Shown here: positions 26,823 to 36,722 of the stretch, one piece after another | Layout: every line of letters starts with the position of its first letter | Position numbering within the stretch: the first letter of the stretch is position 1 | Assembly: GCA_051294905.1 (NCBI GenBank) | Contig: CM119376.1 | Coordinates: forward strand, 15,252,001-15,316,000 | Direction: 5' to 3' | Length of the DNA stretch: 64,000 bases | Source: Botryllus schlosseri | Taxonomy: Eukaryota | Made by a program: the position numbers and the translations under genes | The notes under the pieces: generated by a model | The model's database searches: none | Seen by the model: only the letters and a program-made list of their open reading frames with translations | What the model was told of the DNA's origin: nothing

Positions 26823-27539
26823 TTAGATCATCGGAAGTCCGCTGTAGAGACATCGGTCGCTTTGCAGCTCTTGCAAAGCGGAATCCGGTGAGGCAACGCA
26901 CGAGTTTGTCAGCTCACAACGACGATAGCGCAACTCGGTAAGCGCTCGAAACGTGAAGTGGCACCGCGGCCATTCTATACCTGCGATTTCGGTGACTGCG
27001 CGGAGCCCGTCGGCGGAAAACCTCAACTTCTCCCCTGTAACGGAACAAGTTTCTTCGGCCGGGTACTTACCGCTCGCCTCGACCAATTCAACCATCACTA
27101 CCTCGTCGGCGGTCAAGTCGCAATTACTTTTTAGCCATTCTACGATACCGCGCACCGGTACTGTACCGTACCGCGTATCAAATCTGTCATTTTTAATTGC
27201 CCTTATCACGCGCAGCATCTGCCTCGCGGTAATGCGCTTTTCTACAGTCGACAGCAACGTATCGAATTTCGGGGTTTCGAAAACGGACAGGCACACTTTC
27301 GTGAAGCACCACTTTAGAGAATCGCACGCCGAGGGAGCGTCGATGTAGTGCTCCACGCACGCGGCGAGCAGGTCCTGTTCCGAGGGGTCTTGCGCAAGTT
27401 CCGCACGCAGAAGGTGGAGTCGTATCGATTCGAGGGCGTCCATGCCCGGTGGGTTGTCATCCGCCTGATTACACAGCATCTCGAAGGCCTCCGTTCCCGA
27501 AGCGAACGTGGTGATGTCGACTACCGACTGGTCCGGATC
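26823..27539 (-). CDS. GTF3C4: GTF3C4 terminal exon with C-terminal zinc-finger-like region
   Basis: Acceptor tgtttttatag|GAT is in frame with the 218-aa ORF; stop TAA at 26823. Confidence 0.9.
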   Translation of the reverse strand, partial: DPDQSVVDITTFASGTEAFEMLCNQADDNPPGMDALESIRLHLLRAELAQDPSEQDLLAACVEHYIDAPSACDSLKWCFTKVCLSVFETPKFDTLLSTVEKRITARQMLRVIRAIKNDRFDTRYGTVPVRGIVEWLKSNCDLTADEVVMVELVEASGKYPAEETCSVTGEKLRFSADGLRAVTEIAGIEWPRCHFTFRALTELRYRRCELTNSCVASPDSALQELQSDRCLYSGLPMI

Positions 27540-30500
27540 CTATAAAAACAACATGCTTATACACGTTCTACTCGCATGTAACGCACCTTGCTCAACAGTG
27601 AAATTCAGAATTTTTGTGACACAATACAGACAGACGGTAATTATTACAGTAGCTCTGCTACTAGAAATCTGCTTCAGGTTCGTATTTTGTAGTATTTTCA
27701 TCAATTCGAAACAGTACACGATTGCGATAACGGGGAGAGATAGTGCCAGGGTGTCGAAAACACTTCGTGAAACGCCAGAGTGGATGTCTTTCCATCAGAC
27801 ACCTACCCTGGCGACAAACATGTAGATGAGACTTGAGAGGCATCCACACTGAAAGACAAGTAATAGAAGGGGCTAAAGGACAGGCGACGGAAATGGAGCG
27901 GCATGTTGTGGTATTCACGGTGTCTCGACAACATTGGTGATCACTAGGGCAATTTATTTTTGACATCATAATTAGGTCAAATTTGTAACGTTAGGTCAAA
28001 ATATGTCAAAATTGTAAACAAATTCAGAATTTATTTACAACCTGCATCTCGTTGGTAGCCAACAATTGCTACTGTTGAACGTTCTTTCTCCATTCTTGGC
28101 AAGCTACTTAGTAGGGACAGACACGTTCTACCCGAGAATGTAGGAGAGCATCTTTCGTTGTATTACAACAGATTCTAATCATTTCTACCATAATACGTGA
28201 TGTAGCTACTGGAATTCTTCATAGGGCCAGACAGCGTTAAAATCAAGTGCTTACATGAAAAAGTTCGTCAGTTTTTGAGTCGAAAAAGTTTTTCCAGGCC
28301 GAACTACTTCGTAAGGACAGACAGTTCGAACTAGAAATGAAGATAAGTAGTTCAATTGTAACATTGTGGGAAAACACCTAATTTGCATACGTTAGGTCAA
28401 AATTAAGTTTTCTAAGATCAGAAAATGTCAAAAGGTTGTTTTTGACGTCAAAATCTTCCGTTTTTAGGTAAAAAAATTGCGCTCGTCATCAGTCATATAC
28501 TCGTATCCTGATGATACGATACGAGTACTCGAATATGAATTGTAACGACTCGAGTCCAGTAGTGGAAGACGATTTCATTAGAGTATTGAAATTATTAGCA
28601 TCCTGCCGGTAACAATTAATTTATCAACAAGATTCATAGTTGCGATACCATTGTCCACTGTGGTAGCCTTTAAACTCCCGATTGGTCGTATCGGGGCATA
28701 CGAAAAATGTATTGCAAATCTAAGCACGTGACTGGAAATAACATATCTGTAATGTGGTGATCGACCCACAGTTTTGTCACAAAGTGCAATGAAATAGGTA
28801 TGGTCGAAAAAGCACCAAATTACTTTTAATGCGATGTAGAACCGATATTATATTCGTTGTCATCGCATAAAAGGTAAATATTTCAACTTTACACGTACTC
28901 GACTGGAAGCTCCATGTTCGATTCATAATCGAATCAGTCAGGTACTCGATATTGCTCAGCCCTAATTAGGATTCCTGATCCGGCGACTTGTGGCAGGGTC
29001 CACTTCCGTTCTAAGCTTTTGTAAGACACCATTACACGAGTCAGATGGCGAGGATAAACCTGCAACACTTCGGTAGGAATTCTGGAGTCGGACTCGAACT
29101 CATAACCTATTGGTGTTGTAGCAGTGAAACATAGACGTAGAAGAAGTCATGTTTAAACAGCGTGCACAAACATGATCGCTGGCAAAACGCAAGACAGCTG
29201 CACATCACCGAGGAAGCGAACATAGGTCACGTGATAAAAATCGGCGGCGCGATTGGAGCAGGCGTCGGCGACTTTATCGACGTCACAGACACTCTACCGC
29301 CGCCCAGAGAGAAACGTGAAACTCGCGGTTCTTGACGACTCACCACAATGCTGACTATAGTTTTAGAGTTGGAACGCAGCGTGGCTCGGAACATTTGATT
29401 CGGCGACAACACGGTTCCATGGATGTAGTCGTACATCCCTGACGAATCGGAGCTATCACCCTCGCTGACACAATCCCAGGTCAATTCATTCGAAGAGACG
29501 TTATAGCTGCGAGAATATGAAAATCGACCTTTAGCTTGATCCTGCATTAGTATAAACTTCGCTCTCTTTAGTAGTCATGTATTTTTTGTGTTACCAAACA
29601 AACAATTGTCTCTCTCTCATATATATATATAATATATATATGCTAAGCCACGGCACTTACTTCAGCCTTCCAATCTCGCCTTCTCTACTGGCAACGATCC
29701 AAGACGTGGAGTTGATGGCGATAATGCTCTCTACGTTCAACGTGTGCCGGCGTCTCAAGCATCTTTCCGATGTTTTCACCAAACCGGTCATTCTAAGACT
29801 TATTAAAAACGAAGCCTTGGCTAGCACCAGCACGCTACTGTTGCCACTACCTGAAATTAGTCAGTGACGATGCTAAAGAATAAGTGCTAGTACCAGTTTT
29901 CACTACATTTTCATCTAGTCTTAGGAAGTACATCGCTAACATCGGTATGATACATCTTCGCGGTTAACGCATAATGACGTCACAACTCGTAACAATTATC
30001 GAAATTATATTGTTACGAGGATACAGTTGTTATCACTATTACACTGATAAAAGTGGTACAAATCTACCCAGACAGTACTTCCAACTAACAAAATCTGAAA
30101 TGTATAAGTACTCAGTTTAGGTTCGATTACTGTTTTGGTACCGCTATCAGTGGAACTTGTGATGGTTGTCAAAAGTCATTACAACCACTTCGGCATGTGG
30201 AACAAGTAAATGTGAACGCATAATCGAGTGCTCTGTAACAGTAGAATACCAGTGACCACTGACCATGGGCGAAACCAGGATGAAAATTTGTGGGGCCAGG
30301 GGGGGTTAATATTGTTTTAGGAATGACGTGACGAATATCCATTGACACCGCAAGTGACCATTGACTACCTCAGCCTGATTTTTACATGTTGTGGAATTCC
30401 TACCTGTGATTGACAATAAATGTTGTGCATTACTGGTCGAGTAGAAACCATGGCTGTGGAGTAAGCTCACTTTACCACCGACTCGAGTTATTTTCAATAT

Positions 30501-33500
30501 ACTGACCCTCATATTTTCTTCACAGAACTGCTATTCCAACATTTCTGCAAATCTACTGAGAAAATGAAACGTTTATAAGGCCTACATGTTTAGACACTAT
30601 CACTACCAAGCAAATCGACTTATTTTTTGAATGAATTAATCATGCTTGTAGAAAGAATTCAAGTTTGTGAAAGTCAACCTATGCGGAAACAACAACGGGA
30701 CTATTCGGTAACATCCGAGAACATTCGCTTCCATTCAAAAGTAATCAGAGTCAAAGCATTTTAACTAAGTCACGCCCTGCCCAAAAAGGATGTCACAAAA
30801 TTTCTGCCACTCCGACCACGTCAAGAAATAACTTACAAAACCCGACTCCACGACAACTCCGACTAATTCGTCCATCTCAGATAACATACACACATGCACC
30901 AGACTTGTACAAAATACCAAACTAGTGGGTTGGCAGTCAACTAACTGCCCGTTTTTCGAGTAGTTTTACTTGCGGATATTGAAAAGTGAGTCGCTCTAGT
31001 TCTAGTTGCGTTTTTTGAAAAGTGAAAAGTTCTAGTTTAAACTCTAGTTGCGGATTCTGAATGGTAAGTGTACTTGGTAGGCCCAGTGGCGTAGCAGCCA
31101 CTTGGCGGTTCTGGCTCTGCGCCAGGGGCGGCAGGTTCCAAGGGGGCGGCAAAATGTGGCTGCACAGTGAGAGAGCGAGAGAGAGATATTGTATTCTTTT
31201 TCGCGTGAACCATCGAAATGCTTTGACGACGGAGATGCGCTACGGACTTTTTTTTAAATAATAATGTCATCTCGTCTGCACCCCCGTTTTTTTCCTCCGT
31301 GATTGCTGAGCGCCTAGCGCAGTGGTTCTTAACCTTGCCTCCTGGCGATTTTGAAGGGGGCGGAAACGCTCAGGGGCGATATGGGGGGCGCTGGGATCAG
31401 GGGGCGCTGAAGAAAAATAGCTTCGCAGTAGATGATGTAGTAGTAGGACCTATCCTTAATGAGTAATCAGAGCGAATTAACATACCACAAAACATGTCAA
31501 ATCCCGAAATTTTTAGTCGCGCTTCGCGACGATGTTTGTTACATATGTTTTCATACATGTAGTAGGTTATTATAATTCGTGTAAAATGAATTGCGCGTAC
31601 CTTTAGATCGCCAATTCCCCGTTAAAACAATGCCGTCACGCTTATGCTAGGGTTATTTTCAACAAAATGTTACGAACTAGGTATTATATCCTGCAGCGCA
31701 CAGCGCGTGGAAATTGAAGAAGGAGGCACTGTAGCCTTTATACCACATTTGAGAGTGACAGCCCAATTTTCATAAAATATGTTTGGTTAATCACGCTATA
31801 GGTGCGCATACCAGTTTCGAGTCTTTGGTCTGACCCGGCCGGGGATCGAATCCACGCCCTACCTATTAAGAAGTCGGACGCATTACCATTACACTATCTC
31901 GCTCGACACGGTGTACGCAGCCGGCTAAAAGAAAGGTTAATTAGTAATCCTATAGCTTGCGTCACCTTAGCTAAAATTTAATCAAACAGGTCTCAATCGA
32001 AAGCTAGTGTCGCGCTGATAACCATTGGTGTTTCAATTGCGACCTGCGTGAGGCGAGCTTCTCAAAGCTCAAACTGATTAAGTCTTATTTACGTTCTACC
32101 ATGAATGATGATCGGCTATCAGCTCTATCCATTTTGTCTATAAAAAGAGACTACGTTCAAAAACTTGAATTTGAGGATATTATCGCTGATCTTGCTTTGA
32201 GGCGGCTATTGATTTTCTATTTGCACAACACATTCGTTCGCTATTTCTTGTCTTTATTATTTGTGGCATTATTAACGTTGAAAGGGTGAGGCTGAGACGC
32301 GGCATATTGTTTGTAATTATTTTTATTGACAAGGTTGCTTGAACATGAATCTTTGTCGAAATTTGCTGCGGTCTACTTATTAGAGGGGGCGGCATTTTAG
32401 ACGACAGCCAGAGGCGGCAGCACATGCTGCTACGCCAGTGGGTAGGCCTACTTTTAAAAAGCGAGTACTGGTAGTTCCAGTTGCATATTTTGATATGTTA
32501 GTAGTTTTAGTACTAGTTGCGACTTTTGAAATGTAAGCAATTCTAGTTCTATTTGCGAATTTTTAAAATCCAGTAGTTTGTACAAGCCGGACATGCACAC
32601 AAAATACCTGTGTTGTCGTCAATAAGTTTCCAGTCCATGCAATGAACTGACAGCTCGTCGTCGTCATCCCAAACAGAGGCACGGAAGATCTCGTTTCCCC
32701 GGTGATCGACCGAGACCACCATCACTCTCCCATTTGTGTTCCCGACAGCGATTGTGATCCCGCCCGTGAAATCGTCGCTAAACGATACACAGCTCACGAC
32801 ACCGTCGTCAAATGCTTTGACGTACGCGAATGCGGCAATCCGCGACGTTGCCGTAAAGGGAACGCCAAATCTCCACACAATGAGATAGTTGAGTTTCGTG
32901 CTTGTAACCAGATACAAGTACCGCGTCCCGTCGCTTGCTTTCGTGTGTATTGAGCTCCACGAGAAACTGTTGATGCAGGCGGCGTGCCTTCGAACACCCG
33001 CGTTTTTGAGAAAACTGCTCTTTGACGGTGGCGTCATTGAAGGGTAGAAACCGTCATTGTTCTTCAGTATATCGACTAGCACGCCGGAAACGTCTTTCAG
33101 AAGGCTCCACTGCACGCTGGGGCCTTCCGACGACTTTGCGTAAATCAACAGACGGTGGCTCACGGACAGGAGAGCAAATAGGGTGCCGCCGCCTTGACAA
33201 GACTCAATTGGCGAAAAGGCCAACGCCTTCACACCTGGAAGACAGTAAGCTGAACAACTGCACGAGAGGACAAAAAAATTGGGGGACGTACTAAATAAAA
33301 GTTGTCGGGTATCGTCGTTCGATTCTTCCTAACGAGATGAACATAGATATATTTGTATCTTATAAGCAGGGTTAGAATAGACATGGATCAAAAAGTTAGG
33401 ACAGCCAAACACTGACTAACCCTACCGCGGTCTACACTTTGGCCCAGTCCTAATCACCTCTGGCAACCTATTTATTGAGCAATGCAAATGAGATAAACTA

Positions 33501-34472
33501 AGTACTCAAGTTCAAAAAAGGGCCAAATGTGATTTTATAAAGCATTGCCCATCAACATAAGGACAATCTTAATAATAAAGGACGGCATGACCACCTAGCA
33601 AGGCAACCAGATACCAAAAGAAGGATATGCTCACGAACGCAGTCCGAAATTCCATGCAATTCAAGGTGAAAAAAAAAACAATACACTGTGTGGGTATCTA
33701 AAATATATATTAAATAGATCCAATATATGTTCTAGAAGGGGTATATACATAATGTGTAATTACATTAGCCGCGATTTACACCAGTAATCACACCTCTGCT
33801 CTTTATTGTCTCGTCCTCTTCTTCATGCAAACTGTGATCAAGATGAGCTCGGTATACGTCAAAGTCAGGCGGGCAACCATCAATCATCGCTTGATTACGC
33901 TGCCTGTCAAATTCCTTTAATTTTTCGTTGATTCCGCAGTCGTATTTCAGACGTGGCGGTATTGGAATGTGCTGAGAAAAACGTTCAAAAGGATGTAGCC
34001 CTATCTAGTTTTACTCTGAGCCTGATAGACACCGCCTGGGCCGTGGCTGATCATTTATTGAATGGGGAGTAATTACAATTCCTCACAAGCCAAGAGTCAA
34101 ATCAAAATTTTGTAGAGCTTACAAGATCCTTCGAAAATTATTTTTCAAGGTGCTCGTGCGTTTTTGACAAGGTTATAGCATTTAAAAAGCATCAACCCGC
34201 CATGAAGAATACGAACTGGGTGGTATCTCGAATTTTCAACATCATTCAAAGTATATCTAGTCATTTCGGTTACTTTATGAATCAATTACCTGCGTTTTGA
34301 AATGCATGCTCGCGTCCGACGGCGTAGGAAATGGATTCAAATCATACATGGACGCATATCTCTCAGTGCCTACAGCAAGGCAGTAGTCTTGAGACCAGGA
34401 TATCGGAACATTCCCAATAACCGGCGATATAGTATCCAAGGCACAAACCTTTGTTATTTTCGGAGGCCACAT
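26823..34472 (-). CDS. GTF3C4: General transcription factor IIIC subunit 4 (TFIIIC90/delta) orthologue, about 765 aa, 9 exons
   Basis: Exons 34290-34472, 33794-33971, 32608-33234, 29661-29850, 29344-29506, 29209-29293, about 28988-29106, 27807-27848 and 26823-27539 join in frame with GT-AG sites. Colinear similarity to human GTF3C4 as recalled from memory: PISWSQDYCLAVGT vs PLAWSEDHRVSVST; AFSPI..LFALLSVSHRL..QW vs SWSPM..LLAALTMDNRL..QW; IHGTVLSPN vs THGIAVSPC; LESIRLHL vs IEAVEMHL; WPRCHFTF..YRRC vs WLRCFLTY..YRRC. Confidence 0.9.
27807..27848 (-). CDS. GTF3C4: GTF3C4 exon 8 (42-nt microexon)
   Basis: tattacttgtctttcag|TGT...AGG|gtaggt, phase 0-0; CGCLSSLIYMFVAR. Confidence 0.6.
28988..29106 (-). 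CDS. GTF3C4: GTF3C4 exon 7 (3' end uncertain: 29060 or 28988)
   Basis: Acceptor caccaatag|GT; DSRIPTEVLQ resembles DKHIPQFLQ; both candidate donors are weak. Confidence 0.55.
29209..29293 (-). CDS. GTF3C4: GTF3C4 exon 6
   Basis: Follows a 50-nt intron; SVCDVDKVADAC...YVRFL continues the alignment to VTLKTFEEAAAQL...LVRW. Confidence 0.65.
29344..29506 (-). CDS. GTF3C4: GTF3C4 exon 5
   Basis: ttttcatattctcgcag|C ... ATTGTG|gtgagt; contains IHGTVLSPNQMF. Confidence 0.82.
29661..29850 (-). CDS. GTF3C4: GTF3C4 exon 4
   Basis: ctaatttcag|GT ... CTGAA|gtaagt; SVLVLAKASFLISL...HTLNVESI...WIVASREGEIGRL matches the expected LVVAARGS...HSLPIVS...CSSDGKVRQL segment. Confidence 0.82.
31084..32440 (+). 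mobile_element. Internally deleted hAT transposon in GTF3C4 intron 3, retaining the transposase C-terminal dimerisation motif
   Basis: TIR CASTGGCGTAGCAGC; perfect TSD GGTAGGCC (31076-31083 and 32441-32448); about 32010-32210 reads LITIGVSIATC-EASFSKLKLIKSYLRSTMNDDRLSALSILSI with one frameshift. Confidence 0.9.
31730..31895 (-). mobile_element. tRNA-derived SINE fragment nested in the hAT element
   Basis: Minus strand shows A-box-like TGTAATGGTAATGC and B-box-like GGATTCGATCCC, then GGGTCAGACCAAAGACT..AACTGGT, resembling a widespread metazoan SINE core (recalled from memory). Confidence 0.6.
32608..33234 (-). CDS. GTF3C4: GTF3C4 exon 3 (beta-propeller region)
   Basis: Acceptor ttactgtcttccag|GT; corresponds to the 227-aa ORF 32549-33232; donor ACAG|gtattt, phase 1. 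Confidence 0.9.
33794..33971 (-). CDS. GTF3C4: GTF3C4 exon 2
   Basis: Acceptor gtttttctcag|CAC; HIPIPPRLKYDCG...LDHSLHEEEDETIKSRG; donor G|gtgtga. Not in the ORF track (no ATG). Confidence 0.8.
34290..34472 (-). CDS. GTF3C4: GTF3C4 exon 1
   Basis: MWPPKITKVC...HFKTQ; donor CAG|gtaatt, phase 0. Confidence 0.85.
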
Positions 34473-35553
34473 TCTGCATCAGATACCAGTTCTTACCTTG
34501 TCCTGTGTGTGTTAGATTTTTCAACTTTTCATACCCGTGCAATAGCAGAAATGCATGTTTTAGCAGGGGAACTCCCGAAATGAGCAGCTGATATTTCATG
34601 GTTCATTAGTGACACCATAGAAGCCTGACTGATATTGAACGGACAAATTTAACCGATCGGTGTAATCAATTATTCTTATCCACTGATGACACACCAGCAG
34701 GGCCGTAACAGCACTTCGTCAGCCCCCCTGCCAAAACGTTGGTCTTGGGCCCTCCATAGGGTGATAAACCGAATGTCTGGGGGGTTAGTGATTAGTGATT
34801 ATGGTGAACCATTTGCGATCCACGCAGTAGCAATCAACAATGAACTCATTCATGGTCGTGCCAGCTTTGTAGTCACTTACTATTTCGGTACAATTGCGTA
34901 CATGTTGTAGAAGAAAATGGTGCAGAAAACTTTTGCAGTAACAGTGAAACTAATTACTAAAGTAAGCGTAGAAAAAAGTGCATGCCTTTCTACTGTGATT
35001 GAAGAATTACTGTACTGACACAATAATACAACAAACACCAAAGATGTGATGACTCGAGTCAATTTGTGTATTGGGTCAACTTGTACTCGAGTCATTGTGC
35101 AATATGGATGACCAAGTCATATGACTCGAGACTAGGACGGCCAAGACAGACATTTCATTGTAACTACGAAGAATAGAAAATTCACCACATTGTTGGTAAT
35201 TTCGCGCGTCTATCAGTCTAGCTAGAAACTGTTTGGACTGAGGAAAAATGCGATATTATGAGTGCAGGCCATTCTATATCACTCGAACAGGGTTGAAAAA
35301 CTGTGATGAACCGGATTGAACTCAAAACTTAGCAGTGAACACAATGACTTGGACTCTAACTTGACTGGGTGGTGAATTAAAAATGAGTCGAATAGACTCG
35401 AGTCAAAACAATAAAAGTGAGATTGACTTGTGACTCGGAACCTGTGACTTGGTTACAACCGTACAACCCTGACAAACACCAGATTTTGGCATTGTGCGGC
35501 CCGCGAAAAATTCCTTGCATTTTATACCGTAAAATCTGTTTATTACTTTACGC

Positions 35554-36722
35554 CAGTGGTTCCCAACCTATTCCCACCCGCATACCATTTCGAAGTTTTA
35601 TGTAGTTCTCGCGTACCAACTACATAAGTTACGCGCGCCGAAGGTGGTCAAAAATGTTACTACCGGGTTGAGCTGTCGAGGGCAGCGTAACAGAAAATAA
35701 ACTGCCCGTTTTAAGATGCAGAATATGATTTCTGTAGTGGATCCATTTGGGATTCTTTTGGTCAATTATATTAAAACGGAATTTGGATGGCCAACCTTTT
35801 CGCCATTCACGGCCGCATTTCAACTACTCATGTAGCCCACGGGCGCATCCCAGGACATAGTCGTAATTAACTGTAGGTAGACACTAAATGCCCACGTTAG
35901 AGTGACTATGTCCATTTCCGGCGAACTCCGGACTAATTTATTCAATCATATAGGGTTGCTATACGCACCGAAATCGCGAGGGGTCACTGGTGCGCGAAGC
36001 GAAGCGCGTATTTTTTCAGATTTACTATTGGATTTCGTGAATAATATTAGTAGTTTTACGTATTACTATCAAACATTTAACCTTTCTCAGCCCATGGATG
36101 TGGTCAGATTGACCGGTAGAGTCGATGGAGGGGGTGTTTTCGAAAATGTAGTTGATGACGCATCTTCGGGTGGACCAATTGTTATTAGTCATTTTGCTAC
36201 ATGCTGTTATTTCTTGACCTCCCATCAGGATTGTCGGTATATAGTGCGAGGTGTACACGATTCCGAGTTGGTATTTCTATATGGGGAGCATCATATTCCT
36301 CTACTCTTCGAATTTGAAATGAGGGGCTCTAATTGCACAGGGCCCTACCATATTAAAATCGAAAAATGAAGACACATTAAATCGCGCCCAGCACGAAGAA
36401 AATTTCAAGATTAATTAAAATCTGTCAAGCAATCGGGAGTCGATTCGTAAATTCAAATTGCATGTCGACGGCCGCCTACACATACTAATTGAGTTACGTG
36501 TCCACATAGGCGCACAAATCCCCTTCAACAGCCGCAGGTTGGCCATCCCTGCCGTAGACCGTCATTGGTAGGATTGCCCCTACCCACAACAACGACGACG
36601 CGGCTTCAAAAAACTTGAAGTCAACCCATCTGAACTAATAACTCCCTTCGGTTGAAAAAAACTCAGAATCTACTCGCGTACCACCTGAAAGACCTTCGCG
36701 CACCACAGGTTGGGAACTACTG
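35554..36722. mobile_element. Non-autonomous hAT element; contains the 155-aa ORF 35902-36369, judged non-genic
   Basis: Ends CAGTGGTTCCCAACC and GGTTGGGAACTACTG; TSD CTTTACGC/CTCTACGC; interior repeated at about 58790-59310. Confidence 0.8.

Noticed and set aside
29227-29343. 3' half of the 106-aa ORF (VSRQEPR...PPIFIT)
   Set aside because: Read-through of a 50-nt intron; similarity continues in another frame.
30306-30530. ORF MRVSILKITRVGG... plus a 26-nt microexon candidate at 30837-30862 as GTF3C4 exon 4
   Set aside because: It cannot join the phase-1 donor at 32608 without a stop or an extra microexon; exon 29661-29850 joins directly and matches the expected segment much better.
32549-32607. 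ORF tail GILCACPACTNYWILKIRK as GTF3C4 coding sequence
   Set aside because: It lies after a good donor and runs into a CTAGAACT-array repeat and a stop.
35902-36369. 155-aa plus-strand ORF as a gene
   Set aside because: It lies inside a TSD-flanked hAT element; the sister copy near 58790-59310 shows no sign of keeping the frame, and there is no recognisable domain.
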